This document shows positions 17,384 through 27,129 of a stretch of DNA of 64,000 nt, one piece after another. The first letter of the stretch is position 1; every line of letters starts with the position of its first letter. The DNA is taken from IMG/VR virus record IMGVR_UViG_3300028832_000110, positions 1-64,000 of that record, one strand, 5' to 3'. The notes beneath the pieces were generated by a model, which worked only from the letters and a program-made list of their open reading frames with translations, was not told the origin of the DNA and did not search any database. The DNA comes from a virus. Its lineage: Duplodnaviria > Caudoviricetes. The position numbers and the translations under genes were made by a program.

Positions 17384-18598
17384 ATGGACTCTGAGAAAAA
17401 AAGATGTTTTGGCGCAAAGACAAAATCACCGAATGTTCGCGCCATCTATGACCGCCAGAACAAAACCGTAATTAGCAGGTCAAAGGGCGGTAAGTTGAAG
17501 CGGGATAACAATATCCTCGCTCCAGTAAGCATTGAAGTGTACTATGATAGGCAGAGGCTCTACCTCCCTACTGGCATTAAGATAACGCCTAACCAATGGA
17601 ACGAGCGCGACAGCCTTGTTATCAGGCATCAAAACTCAATATCGCTGAACAATATCATTCTCCAGATCAAGACCAACGTACTGGACTATGCGCATGACTG
17701 CGTTAAGGCAGGAATCAGTTTTAGCATAGAAGGATTGAAGGATAGGCTCAACAAGAATGAGCAGGCAAGGAATGGCAGTTTCATTGATTTCTTCTATGAG
17801 AGGCTGATGAATAAGCCCATATCCCCAGGAACCAGAAAAGGCTACATGACAGTGTATAATGCCTTGGTGGAATGGGGAAAGATAAAGAAATTCTCTGATG
17901 TGACGTTGCAGAATGTTATCCTATGGGATGAAGTCGCTCACTCCAAGGCCGTAAAGGCTGACTTCACCGAAAACCTCCACAAACGCCTCAGAGCCATTAT
18001 CAATGACGCGGTGAAATTCGGATATGTAGCCGCTAACCCCTATGACGAATTCCATTACAAGCGCGACATGAGCATCAAGCACGATTTCCTCACAGCCGAC
18101 GAACTTGATAGGTTCTGCGCCGTAAAGCTATTGGATAAGGCATTGGTAAGGGCAAGGGATTTGTTTATTTTCCAGTCATATACGGGCATGAGTTACTGCG
18201 ATGCCATGCAGTTCGACCTCGCTCTCTGCAACAGAGACAACGGCAAAATCCGCTACACATCAAAGCGCACGAAGACTGGAGAGACGTTTTTGATTACGCT
18301 GCTGAAACCTGCGTTGGCGGTTCTGGAACGCAATGGCATGGAAGTGCCGCGTATCGACGAGCATATATACAATAGGTCGTTAAAGACTATCTGCCAACTC
18401 GCGGAAATACCAAAATCCCTATCCAGTCATTGCGGGAGAGTCACTTGGGCTTCTACGATAGCATTGGGGCATCAAGTACCGCTGAAGGTGTTGCAGGTTA
18501 CTATGGGGCATTCATCGGTACGCCAGACCGAACTATATGCCAAACTCCAACAAATCCACGTTGATGACTGCCTCGACGAACTTGATGACGCACTATAA
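17384..18598 (+). CDS. int: Tyrosine recombinase / integrase
   Basis: Arm-binding N-terminus (YLPTGIKITPNQW); RDLFIFQSYTG, HCGR, MGH, catalytic Tyr in TELYAK. Confidence 0.93.
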   Translation: MDSEKKRCFGAKTKSPNVRAIYDRQNKTVISRSKGGKLKRDNNILAPVSIEVYYDRQRLYLPTGIKITPNQWNERDSLVIRHQNSISLNNIILQIKTNVLDYAHDCVKAGISFSIEGLKDRLNKNEQARNGSFIDFFYERLMNKPISPGTRKGYMTVYNALVEWGKIKKFSDVTLQNVILWDEVAHSKAVKADFTENLHKRLRAIINDAVKFGYVAANPYDEFHYKRDMSIKHDFLTADELDRFCAVKLLDKALVRARDLFIFQSYTGMSYCDAMQFDLALCNRDNGKIRYTSKRTKTGETFLITLLKPALAVLERNGMEVPRIDEHIYNRSLKTICQLAEIPKSLSSHCGRVTWASTIALGHQVPLKVLQVTMGHSSVRQTELYAKLQQIHVDDCLDELDDAL

Positions 18599-18611
18599 TA
18601 TATAATAAGGT

Positions 18612-18644
18612 AGAGGGAACTGGAGCAATCCAATTCCCTCTTTT
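18612..18644 (+). terminator. Terminator after the integrase
   Basis: AGAGGGAA...TTCCCTCT hairpin followed by TTT. Confidence 0.6.
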
Positions 18645-18920
18645 CGCAGAGCGCAGATAGGACACGGTTATTCGCGCTCCGATACTCAATGTACCTATAC
18701 ATGAGCGTGATCACTGATTGACTGGCTCAGTAACCGAAACCTCGATAAACTCCTACGAAGTAGAAGCTCTGCAAGAATCGCATTTCTACGATTCCGTTAC
18801 TCCTTCACCTGCATGGGCGACGAGCTTTATGGCTTTCCGTATTTTCGGGTAAGGTAGTGCAAAACACAGCCCAATACCCACAAAACGGCTATAATGACAT
18901 ATTCCATGCGGCAAAGGTAG

Positions 18921-19307
18921 TCATTTATTCTGATTCTGCCATGCCTTTACCTGCAATTCTTCACCATAGCACATGAAATACATATTCTGTAACTGGTGGA
19001 GATAGTCAATTTTGAATATGGCGGTGCTGAAGCAAACGAGGTTGCTGTCAACGCCTGAATCATAGATGAAATCGAACTTGTTGTCTTCGTCCATTTCGAT
19101 AAGTTCCATATCTTCACTGCTTATCTTAATTGGTTCGACCTCACGGCTCCTGGCATACCTCTCATGCCCGGGCTCAGAGCAATAGCCTATTTTGTGTTGG
19201 GTAATGCCGTTGACCTTAACGATTTTGCCTCCTACGCTAACGTAATTGCCTATGCGTAATTCTCTTGTATTCATAGCCTTATTTTTCGTCTTTTTTAGGA
19301 AGTCCAA
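18921..19307 (-). CDS. Hypothetical protein (IGxYV...YLHQLQN family; likely start ~19274)
   Basis: Shared terminal motifs. Confidence 0.7.
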   Translation of the reverse strand: MDFLKKTKNKAMNTRELRIGNYVSVGGKIVKVNGITQHKIGYCSEPGHERYARSREVEPIKISSEDMELIEMDEDNKFDFIYDSGVDSNLVCFSTAIFKIDYLHQLQNMYFMCYGEELQVKAWQNQNK

Positions 19308-19620
19308 ACTGGTAGCTTAACATTTCTGGAATGTCATTGAAATCCTTTATATAGCCCTCAAAGGCGGTTTCCCACTCACATACGGAGATAAGAAACACCT
19401 CAATCTTGATCTGCTGACCCTGCTGATTTGGAACAAATACCCAGATACGGAATCTGCCACTCCAAAAACTATCACCGAACGGCTTTGTCAGACTTTGGAA
19501 TTCCTCTATCTCCCAGATACCGATATTGTTTCCGTGACCCTTATACTTAAAGGCAGGGAAGTTTTCTTCGAGTATCTTAGATACATTGTTTCTTATGATT
19601 TCGTATTCGTGCATAGCCAT
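19279..19620 (-). CDS. Hypothetical protein
   Basis: 113-aa ORF in a tightly packed operon. Confidence 0.65.
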   Translation of the reverse strand: MAMHEYEIIRNNVSKILEENFPAFKYKGHGNNIGIWEIEEFQSLTKPFGDSFWSGRFRIWVFVPNQQGQQIKIEVFLISVCEWETAFEGYIKDFNDIPEMLSYQFGLPKKDEK

Positions 19621-19621
19621 A

Positions 19622-20248
19622 TCATTGCAGTGTTTTCAAATAATCCTCTACTTGGTCGAGTGCAGCGTCAAAGCAAATGGCGCGGGCATGGAAATCAATA
19701 TTGGGGTTGATGACACTATGCACCTTTGCCGTATAGGGGTTCAGGTCATCGCAGTCATTGTAATAGAGGTCAAGCGAGAATTCGCCTATGACCTCCTTCT
19801 GAGACATAATCTCTTTTACTCTTTGGTCGATAGTTTTAAGCATATTATTTCGATTGTCGTTAATTATGTAATTCCAGTTGTTTCGCGGCTGCAACTCACC
19901 AAATCGCATATCGCGCTTCTGAAACTCAATGAGCCTCTGAACGGCATCGGCATACTCTTTTGTGTTATATAGCGACGATATGATGTAGTCAATGCCGTCT
20001 TTTTGCCATTCCCTATCCAATAGACTTTCATTGATGTAACCTGTGTATGGCAGTCCGTCACTATTGAGAACAGGGGCAATAATCTTCTGACGGAAATAGC
20101 CCTGATTATAATAGGGGCAGATATAGATGACGGCGTTCCGTCTATCCATAGCACGAAGCCATTCCGGATTATCCAAGTCGCACGACGGATATGTAACGTC
20201 ATATCTTGTCAGCAGCGGTGGTGTAATGACTATCTTCAGCATAATCAA
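19622..20248 (-). CDS. Hypothetical protein
   Basis: 208-aa ORF. Confidence 0.65.
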   Translation of the reverse strand: MIMLKIVITPPLLTRYDVTYPSCDLDNPEWLRAMDRRNAVIYICPYYNQGYFRQKIIAPVLNSDGLPYTGYINESLLDREWQKDGIDYIISSLYNTKEYADAVQRLIEFQKRDMRFGELQPRNNWNYIINDNRNNMLKTIDQRVKEIMSQKEVIGEFSLDLYYNDCDDLNPYTAKVHSVINPNIDFHARAICFDAALDQVEDYLKTLQ

Positions 20249-20595
20249 TATTTATTGGGAAAATTTTCGCGTATCAGCCTCTTTTTGTCGGTGTCAGTGA
20301 GTTTCGACCAACATTCCTTGCAGAAATCCATTTCTCCGCATATATCACCACCGTAAACGGCGATGCCGAATTCTTTGAGATTTTCCATATCGACATTGTT
20401 GTCAATATCCCAAGGAAAAATAATCGGTTTTTTGCAGTTATGACACCTGCATTTGCATTTTTCGACGATTTTTGCGAATTTGATGGCAAAATTGAATCCA
20501 GAGCCATAATAGGCACGGTTGTTGATGCCGACACTGGCAGTCGCTTTTTCCTTCACTGCCATTATTTCCTTTGGTGTTAGGTCTTTTATCTGCAT
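20245..20595 (-). CDS. Hypothetical Cys-rich (possible Zn-binding) protein
   Basis: CHNC...CKEC. Confidence 0.65.
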   Translation of the reverse strand: MQIKDLTPKEIMAVKEKATASVGINNRAYYGSGFNFAIKFAKIVEKCKCRCHNCKKPIIFPWDIDNNVDMENLKEFGIAVYGGDICGEMDFCKECWSKLTDTDKKRLIRENFPNKY

Positions 20596-20966
20596 AGCCT
20601 ATTTCGTTTTGAATAATTATTCGTTTTGCAAAATCGCGTTCCTCGCGCACGTTATTACGTTATTCTTTTTTTATTTTCGATTTCGTTGTTCATGCTACGG
20701 GAGAGGAAGCGAGAAGAGAGGGTTTGCCCTACCCACTGGATAACTCCAATGGTGGCCTCTCAGAAGATTATGCTGACGGTGTTTGTCGCTTCGTCTTCGG
20801 CAGTTAAGAGGATAAATCTCTCACTTGCTGACTGGCTTTTCAGAATTGTCTCTGCCGCACTCGCATCCAGTCTTAGGTCTTGCGATTTCCCTTGTGCTTT
20901 CCCGCTTGGTAAAATGTTGGTCGCGGTGTTTCGTTGCCGTCTCTGCCAACAAGTAGGATAACGCAT

Positions 20967-21379
20967 AAAAGCGAGACCCCACAAAAGCGGGAAGTCTTTC
21001 GCAGGGTCTCTAATATCTTGTGCCGAAGCCATGATACTCATTGGGATTGCATCGCTTCCCGACGATTGCGCTGCAAATATAAGCATTTAATTCCATATAA
21101 TAGATATTTCTCTAATGCCTTTAACTAATCTTTAACATACTGATACAGAGCCTATTTACAAAGTAAATAGACCTCAGATAGTTACATTATCCCTTTTAAG
21201 AGTTATTAAAGTTTTCTATCAAAATAGATAATTCTCGATTATTATGCTTATATTTGCACCCAGAATCGAAAATAGTCCGTTTGGTGGAACTCACGGATAA
21301 TAGTAATAAAGACATTGAGGGGATTGGATGAAGTTGTAGAGTTCCACAATATACAACGGATTCCTTTCACCTCATTTTT
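20967..21379. promoter_or_regulatory. Divergent promoters with structured leaders and operators
   Basis: TATATTTGCA on both strands (21074-21081 on -, 21249-21256 on +); operators at 21101-21114 and 21225-21238. Confidence 0.7.
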
Positions 21380-21396
21380 ATTTAATTAAAGGTATT

Positions 21397-22221
21397 ATGG
21401 ATAAAAAGACTACTACCAAGTTTAGGAGCTTCCTCAACAGCAGGGGTGCAGGCACGATGTTCTTTGGATTCTACAAAGAGTACCGCCTTGAAGATAACCC
21501 CGAAGACGTAAACGAGTATCTGAACCTCGTTCCGGCTAAACACGCTATTGCATGGTCGATGGATTATGAGAAAATCCACAACCCCCAATTCGGAGCAAAG
21601 TATTGGAATGACCTTGATCAGAAGTGGAAACTGCTTCTTGATGACAAGCGTAGTGATTTCACGGTTCCTGGCATTGACAAGGCAATGCGTGAGATTAAGA
21701 AAGAGGAAAAGGCAGCAGCGCAGACCAAAGCCACTGCCTCAGTATCAGCCCCTACTCCCAAGCCCAAAGAAACCAGAGTTGTAGAAAACGACTGGTCGGG
21801 TATGATGGACTTGGTAGAAGTCAAGACCAATGCCACGAGAAAGAGCAACTGGCAGCAGCCAGACGAAAACGAAGTACGCCTCACCACGAAGAAAAACCGT
21901 AATTGCATGGTCTTCAATTCAGAGGTCTCTAAGATTTGCGATGACAACAATTTCGATTCAATGTCAATCAATGTTGACCGCATCACCAATGAACTGGTTT
22001 TGGTATTCGGTGTTGGCTTCGATTTCAATGTCAGAATGTATAGTGCTGACACGAAGGTTGTTCAACACAAGGCATTAGGCGATTATCTGAAGAAATACAT
22101 CGGCATAGAATTCGACCCTGAGAAAGCATATTTCATCAAGGTTGCTAAGAGGGTCTGGAACAAATCCCACACCCGCTACGCCATTGTCCTCTCGCAGAAA
22201 TACACAACCAAAGACTTTTAG
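21397..22221 (+). CDS. Hypothetical protein, first gene of the rightward operon
   Basis: 274-aa ORF. Confidence 0.75.
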   Translation: MDKKTTTKFRSFLNSRGAGTMFFGFYKEYRLEDNPEDVNEYLNLVPAKHAIAWSMDYEKIHNPQFGAKYWNDLDQKWKLLLDDKRSDFTVPGIDKAMREIKKEEKAAAQTKATASVSAPTPKPKETRVVENDWSGMMDLVEVKTNATRKSNWQQPDENEVRLTTKKNRNCMVFNSEVSKICDDNNFDSMSINVDRITNELVLVFGVGFDFNVRMYSADTKVVQHKALGDYLKKYIGIEFDPEKAYFIKVAKRVWNKSHTRYAIVLSQKYTTKDF

Positions 22222-22224
22222 GCT

Positions 22225-22521
22225 ATGAGGATCAAGACTTACGGCACGGAGTACATCGTTTATTTCAAAAGAGGTGGCGATGTGCAGGTGGTTGAGATAA
22301 TCGAAGCCACTGGCGACAAAGAAGTAAAGGGTTTGTTCTTTGACACGTTCAAAGGACGCACATACAACGAAAACCCCAAGGCTTCATTCGTAAGCGTAGT
22401 CATCAAGTCCGTTGACAAGGTGAAAAAAGAGTCTAAGGTAGTGTTAAAGAACCGCGTCTATAATCTCAGCCCCCGCAATGCCCGCATTGAACTGGAGAAT
22501 GCAATAAGAATGACACAATGA
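22225..22521 (+). CDS. Hypothetical protein
   Basis: Coupled ORF. Confidence 0.65.
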   Translation: MRIKTYGTEYIVYFKRGGDVQVVEIIEATGDKEVKGLFFDTFKGRTYNENPKASFVSVVIKSVDKVKKESKVVLKNRVYNLSPRNARIELENAIRMTQ

Positions 22522-23114
22522 GCAAAGCCATCACATCACTTACCATAGAGCAGATTATGAACGGACTCGCCCACATCGACACGTTCAATCTCAGGCGCAA
22601 CGTCGTTGTTCCCAATGTGAGTTGGGGTTTGCTCAATTATGAGGCTGACTTTGTGAGCTTGTCAAAATCTGGCTATCTTACTGAGGTAGAGATTAAGAGG
22701 TCATGGCAGGATTTCCAGAAAGACTTTGAGAAAAAGCACCACCATGACGATCCCAGAGTCAGCTATTTCTACTACTGCGTTCCAAAGTCGATTAAGGAAA
22801 AAGTCATGGATGCCCTTTACATCTTTGAGAAAACTGACAACAGGTTTCGACCTTACATTATTACTGGAATCAAAGAAGGTGTTCCAATCAATGCCGGACT
22901 TATCATCTACGACAACCATGACTGGCAGGGTAATGAATGTGAGTGGATAAACATAGAATTCGTCACAAGTGCAGGCAGGAGAAAAGCCGCAAGAAAACTC
23001 ACGGATAAGGAGCAACTAAAACTTGCTCATTTGGGCTGCATGAGAATATGGGATTTATACGAAAAAATTTCTAAGTTACAGCAATACGATTTATTTAATT
23101 CAAAACAAAGGTAA
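22518..23114 (+). CDS. PD-(D/E)XK nuclease-like protein (MmcB-like)
   Basis: YEADF...EVEIKRSWQDF. Confidence 0.65.
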   Translation: MSKAITSLTIEQIMNGLAHIDTFNLRRNVVVPNVSWGLLNYEADFVSLSKSGYLTEVEIKRSWQDFQKDFEKKHHHDDPRVSYFYYCVPKSIKEKVMDALYIFEKTDNRFRPYIITGIKEGVPINAGLIIYDNHDWQGNECEWINIEFVTSAGRRKAARKLTDKEQLKLAHLGCMRIWDLYEKISKLQQYDLFNSKQR

Positions 23115-23116
23115 TT

Positions 23117-23365
23117 ATGAACAAAGCAGAAATTCAACAGAAAATTGCCAACGTCATCGTTGACAGAATGTGTGAGAAACCAGAGAACGTAAAATCTGAG
23201 TCAAGATTCCGCGAGGATTTAGGCATGGATAGCCTTGATGTCGTGGAGTTGACAATGGAAGCGGAGAAAGAATTCAAGATCACTATCTCCGACCAAGAGA
23301 CTTATGATCTCACTACGGTTGAAAGCCTCGTAAACGTCGTTGACTCAAAACTCAATGGCAAATGA
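23117..23365 (+). CDS. acpP: Acyl carrier protein
   Basis: 82 aa, acidic; DLGMDSLDVVEL phosphopantetheine site; EKEFKITISD. Confidence 0.9.
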   Translation: MNKAEIQQKIANVIVDRMCEKPENVKSESRFREDLGMDSLDVVELTMEAEKEFKITISDQETYDLTTVESLVNVVDSKLNGK

Positions 23366-23886
23366 TCACAGCGGTTGTGACACTCAGCAAGAAATTCTTC
23401 GGCACTCACCCCAAAGCGGGTGAGCCGACGGATTTCAGGGATAAGGTACTGGAATACCGCAAAATCCATACCTGCCGCGCCAACTACGACTATTGGAAAA
23501 AGAAATTCGATAGAATGAAGGAGGTTGGCGGCGTACTGAGTCTGAGGCAGTGGAGTGGCAAACCCTATGGCAAAGGCACTACGATGGAACTGGTAAGGGA
23601 TATTCCCTCAGATGTCTGCGGTGTGCAGCAGCTAAAGGTTGCTCTGACAAAATTTCCGAGAGAAGTTGAAGAGAAATATCGGGTTCCTGGCACTGACTTC
23701 TACATGGTGGCTATGGTTGACGGCAAATATGTTGACCTCGAAACCCTTGCTCATAATGACGGTCTTGAAGTTGAGGACTATATGAACTGGTTCCTGCCTG
23801 CGTTCAAATTAGGACGTAAAGGAGAAAGACCGTTATTCTCTATGCGTATTTTCGCCGTAATACAATTCACTAACTTCCGCTACTGA
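23362..23886 (+). CDS. Hypothetical protein (possibly ASCH/PUA-like)
   Basis: KIHTCR, LRQWSGKPY, LAHNDGL...WF. Confidence 0.6.
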   Translation: MITAVVTLSKKFFGTHPKAGEPTDFRDKVLEYRKIHTCRANYDYWKKKFDRMKEVGGVLSLRQWSGKPYGKGTTMELVRDIPSDVCGVQQLKVALTKFPREVEEKYRVPGTDFYMVAMVDGKYVDLETLAHNDGLEVEDYMNWFLPAFKLGRKGERPLFSMRIFAVIQFTNFRY

Positions 23887-23888
23887 AA

Positions 23889-24320
23889 ATGAACGAGAAA
23901 AAGAAGGTATATATAAGTGGAAAAATGCGATACCTCGACGAAGAGGAATCGCGTCGCCTATTTCTGGAAGCTCAGAGGAAGTTTGAGTCTGAGGGATATG
24001 AGGTTGTCAATCCTTGGGATTTGGAGGAAGAGAAGAAAGCCCAGTGTAAGGATTGGGGCGATTTCATTCTCTTTGACCTCCCCATTCTCAAAACCTGCGA
24101 CAAAATCTATATGCTGAAGAATTGGTATGATAGTTGGGGCGCACGTACCGAACACGATTATGCCAAAGGCAACGGCATAGAGGTTGTGTATCAGAGTCTC
24201 GATGACATTCCAGAGACGAAGCAAAGGAAAATCAGCGATGACTACCATCGTTTCCTCTATCACGAAGCCCTTCAGCAGAATTGTACGCAGGATGATATAA
24301 AGGCAATTATTGGCGTATGA
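23889..24320 (+). CDS. DUF4406 / nucleoside deoxyribosyltransferase-like protein
   Basis: VYISGKM, VVNP, CDKIYMLKNWYDSWGARTE. Confidence 0.75.
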   Translation: MNEKKKVYISGKMRYLDEEESRRLFLEAQRKFESEGYEVVNPWDLEEEKKAQCKDWGDFILFDLPILKTCDKIYMLKNWYDSWGARTEHDYAKGNGIEVVYQSLDDIPETKQRKISDDYHRFLYHEALQQNCTQDDIKAIIGV

Positions 24321-24781
24321 TGGAAACGATTCTATGTCCTAATCCCAAAAACTTCCAACTTTATCATGGCGGTATTCCGGCGATGTGCTCTTGTTGTTGG
24401 TTGGCAGGAAAGTGTGCATACGAAGATTATGTAAGGAAATTGCAGATGGGAAAAATCGAAAAAAGAAAACTCTGCCTTGGTACAGATGGCAGGCTTTATA
24501 ATATGATAGAATCGAAAGACGGTGTTCGTTCGGTTGATGTGACAGACGAAGTTGCAAAGACTTTGTTGAAGAGTGTTCTGAAAGATAATTTACGCCTGAA
24601 AGAGAATACTGGCAAAGAGAATGCTATCATTCTGAATGGCGTGAGATACAATCTCGTAGAGCCAGACGTTGAGAGTTGCAGTAATTGTGATTTGGATAAG
24701 TTCTGTGACAAGTTCAAAGATGCTCTCTGCAACATATTTACCGATGGCAATCATGGTAAGATTTTCAAAAAACAAGAATAA
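24317..24781 (+). CDS. Hypothetical Cys-rich protein
   Basis: Coupled ORF. Confidence 0.6.
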   Translation: MMETILCPNPKNFQLYHGGIPAMCSCCWLAGKCAYEDYVRKLQMGKIEKRKLCLGTDGRLYNMIESKDGVRSVDVTDEVAKTLLKSVLKDNLRLKENTGKENAIILNGVRYNLVEPDVESCSNCDLDKFCDKFKDALCNIFTDGNHGKIFKKQE

Positions 24782-24782
24782 G

Positions 24783-25601
24783 ATGGGAACTGTACTTAAA
24801 CTTCCAAAGGGTGCTGCTATGGAATATGCCAAGCACTCAGTAAGCATTTATCGCAGATGCAGTAATCAATGTCTGTACTGCTATCTGGATAAGGGGCAGG
24901 GTTGTACTACCCTTGGCCATGGTAAGCCAGAACTGCGTACCTGCTTCAAAGACGAAGAGGCTGCAATCTCCAAGTTCAACAAAGAACTACTGAAGGATCG
25001 GGAGCAGCTAATCAAAGACGGAGGCGTGTTTTTCTGTTTCATTACAGACCCATGCCTGCCTGAAACCATCAATGCCACTATGCGTTGCGCCCAAATCGCT
25101 ATGCGTGAGGGTGTGCCAGTAACCATTCTGACAAAGATGACGGATTGGGTTTATAACACCATGTATCAGAACAACATACTGGAGCATGGTAGGCGTACTG
25201 GCTTGTTGTGTGTTGGCTTCACCCTTACTGGACGTGATGACCAGGAGCCGTTTGCCTCTCCAAACATTGAGCGCATTAAAGCCATGAAGATTATTCACGA
25301 CGAATGGCACATTAAGACCTTCGCCTCCATTGAGCCAATCATTCAGTTCAATAAGTCAATGGCTATGATCAAAGAGACATTGGCTTTCTGCGACCTCTAT
25401 AAGATTGGCTTGATGTCGAAGTGTGGCAAAGACTACTATAAAGAAGATGACTTGCAGAAGTTTGTTGCAGGTCTGGCTACGATTTACGACCAGAACGGCA
25501 CTAAGATGTATATCAAGGAGAGCATTCGCAAAAGAATGGATAACCCTATCATCGGTGCTATCAGTGTCAGCAGCGACTACAATATCTTTACTGATTCATA
25601 G
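24783..25601 (+). CDS. Radical SAM protein (spore-photoproduct-lyase-like family)
   Basis: CSNQCLYC; FITDP, ILTK, SIEPI. Confidence 0.85.
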   Translation: MGTVLKLPKGAAMEYAKHSVSIYRRCSNQCLYCYLDKGQGCTTLGHGKPELRTCFKDEEAAISKFNKELLKDREQLIKDGGVFFCFITDPCLPETINATMRCAQIAMREGVPVTILTKMTDWVYNTMYQNNILEHGRRTGLLCVGFTLTGRDDQEPFASPNIERIKAMKIIHDEWHIKTFASIEPIIQFNKSMAMIKETLAFCDLYKIGLMSKCGKDYYKEDDLQKFVAGLATIYDQNGTKMYIKESIRKRMDNPIIGAISVSSDYNIFTDS

Positions 25602-25603
25602 AT

Positions 25604-25777
25604 ATGGATAAAAAGACTTTGTTAGCAGTGTTTCAGCAGAAAATGTCCGTTGACGAAACGGTTTTTGAGTCTGCAAAGCGCACGGATGATTATAGCAGGT
25701 GCATTGAGCAGAAATCAAAACTCGAAGTCTGGCACTCAGTAATAGATATAATGGAACGAGCAATTAAAGAAGATTGA
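25604..25777 (+). CDS. Small hypothetical protein (57 aa, not in the ORF track)
   Basis: MDKKTLLAVF...AIKED fills the operon gap exactly. Confidence 0.55.
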   Translation: MDKKTLLAVFQQKMSVDETVFESAKRTDDYSRCIEQKSKLEVWHSVIDIMERAIKED

Positions 25778-25779
25778 CT

Positions 25780-26226
25780 ATGGTAGTGGATGAAATGGTT
25801 AGCTTTGAAGCGGCAAAACTGCTGAAGCAGATTGGATTCGATGTGCCATGCAGCAGGTTCTACGATACCGAGACCGATGATCCAGATATGGAATGGACTA
25901 TCAATCTCTGGAATCATGGCGCGATGCAGCGTAATTCCAACCTCCTAAATACCGAATATGCCTGCTGTACTCAGCAAATGGCATTGCGGTTTCTAAGAGA
26001 GGAATACCATTTCCATATAGAAATCAGATTCACCAACATTCAGATATTCGACAATAAGATGGTTATTCCCAAATACTACGGCATAATCTACAACCTCGAT
26101 ACTGGACGTTGGATTTGGGAATCTACTCTGGTAAGAGAATATATCATCGGTTTCGACACCTTTGAAGAGGCTGTTGATTTTATGATAAAGAAGTGCATCG
26201 AAAAATTTGTTCTAAAAAAACAATGA
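25780..26226 (+). CDS. Hypothetical phage protein
   Basis: VSFEAAKLLKQIGFD...FLRE...TFEEA. Confidence 0.7.
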   Translation: MVVDEMVSFEAAKLLKQIGFDVPCSRFYDTETDDPDMEWTINLWNHGAMQRNSNLLNTEYACCTQQMALRFLREEYHFHIEIRFTNIQIFDNKMVIPKYYGIIYNLDTGRWIWESTLVREYIIGFDTFEEAVDFMIKKCIEKFVLKKQ

Positions 26227-26227
26227 T

Positions 26228-26686
26228 ATGGATAAAAGACTGGAATTGATTGATGAAGTGATTGCCCTTAATAACAAGGAAATCGCCCGCATGAATAAGA
26301 CCGCCTCAGAAAGCAGGCAGAAAATGAATATCACAGACCGCAAGAAATTAAGCAGTCTGAAATTCATCAATGACGATTTGGGAAAAATAAAGTTCAAAAT
26401 CGTTCAGACCTTGGTGGTAACTTCTGATGGCATAAATATCAAGATCATCGGTGAAGAAAAACTGAATGAAAGAATCGAAGAGTATAAGGCAATGTTTCCA
26501 GAGACCTATCTGACTCTGGAGAAAGTCAAAGAAGCTCTTTGGGATGATTACAAGCGAAATGGTGGCAACACTGGATTGTTTGGACTCTCTGTAAGCCCTG
26601 AGTGGGAAGATAAGTGTTATAGTTTTGAATTCAGAGGCGATGACGATATAATCACCTACGAATTCATGGGAATGTATAAGTGCTGA
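26228..26686 (+). CDS. Hypothetical protein
   Basis: Coupled ORF. Confidence 0.65.
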   Translation: MDKRLELIDEVIALNNKEIARMNKTASESRQKMNITDRKKLSSLKFINDDLGKIKFKIVQTLVVTSDGINIKIIGEEKLNERIEEYKAMFPETYLTLEKVKEALWDDYKRNGGNTGLFGLSVSPEWEDKCYSFEFRGDDDIITYEFMGMYKC

Positions 26687-26689
26687 GTT

Positions 26690-27124
26690 ATGAGAAAGAT
26701 TAAATTCAGAGCAAAAGACCTCACCACAAAAGAATGGGTTTGTGGCGATTTGCATACATTATGCGACCAACCACATATTCATACAGAAGTGACGGCTTAT
26801 CCATTTGCAGGAAAACGCAGTTTCGTTGACCAAGACACCATTGGTCAATTCACTGGATATACCGACATGAAGGGAAAGGAAATCTATGAAGGTGATATTG
26901 TCATCAAGCATCGTTATTCTGAGGATCAGCAGTTGGTTTGCCGTTGGATGGAGCGATTCGCCTGCTTTGGATTCTACGAGAATGTAGAATATGGTGAAGT
27001 TTACTACTTAAACAGAAGGGATTGCAAGGAAACAGTTGAAGTCATCGGAAATGTCTATGATAATCCAGATATGTATCATGGCAACGAAGATGGTACTGAG
27101 GATTACTACAACAAAGATAAGTAA
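26690..27124 (+). CDS. YopX-family protein
   Basis: MRKIKFRA, GQFTG...EIYEGDIV, EVIGNVYDNP. Confidence 0.85.
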   Translation: MRKIKFRAKDLTTKEWVCGDLHTLCDQPHIHTEVTAYPFAGKRSFVDQDTIGQFTGYTDMKGKEIYEGDIVIKHRYSEDQQLVCRWMERFACFGFYENVEYGEVYYLNRRDCKETVEVIGNVYDNPDMYHGNEDGTEDYYNKDK

Positions 27125-27129
27125 TTGTT

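Noticed and set aside
18710-18745. Hammerhead ribozyme (CTGATTGA...GAAAC)
   Set aside because: The core deviates from CUGANGA and stems I and III could not be formed convincingly
20760-21086. 108-aa minus-strand ORF
   Set aside because: Begins upstream of the predicted promoter and runs through the structured leader and terminator; probably spurious
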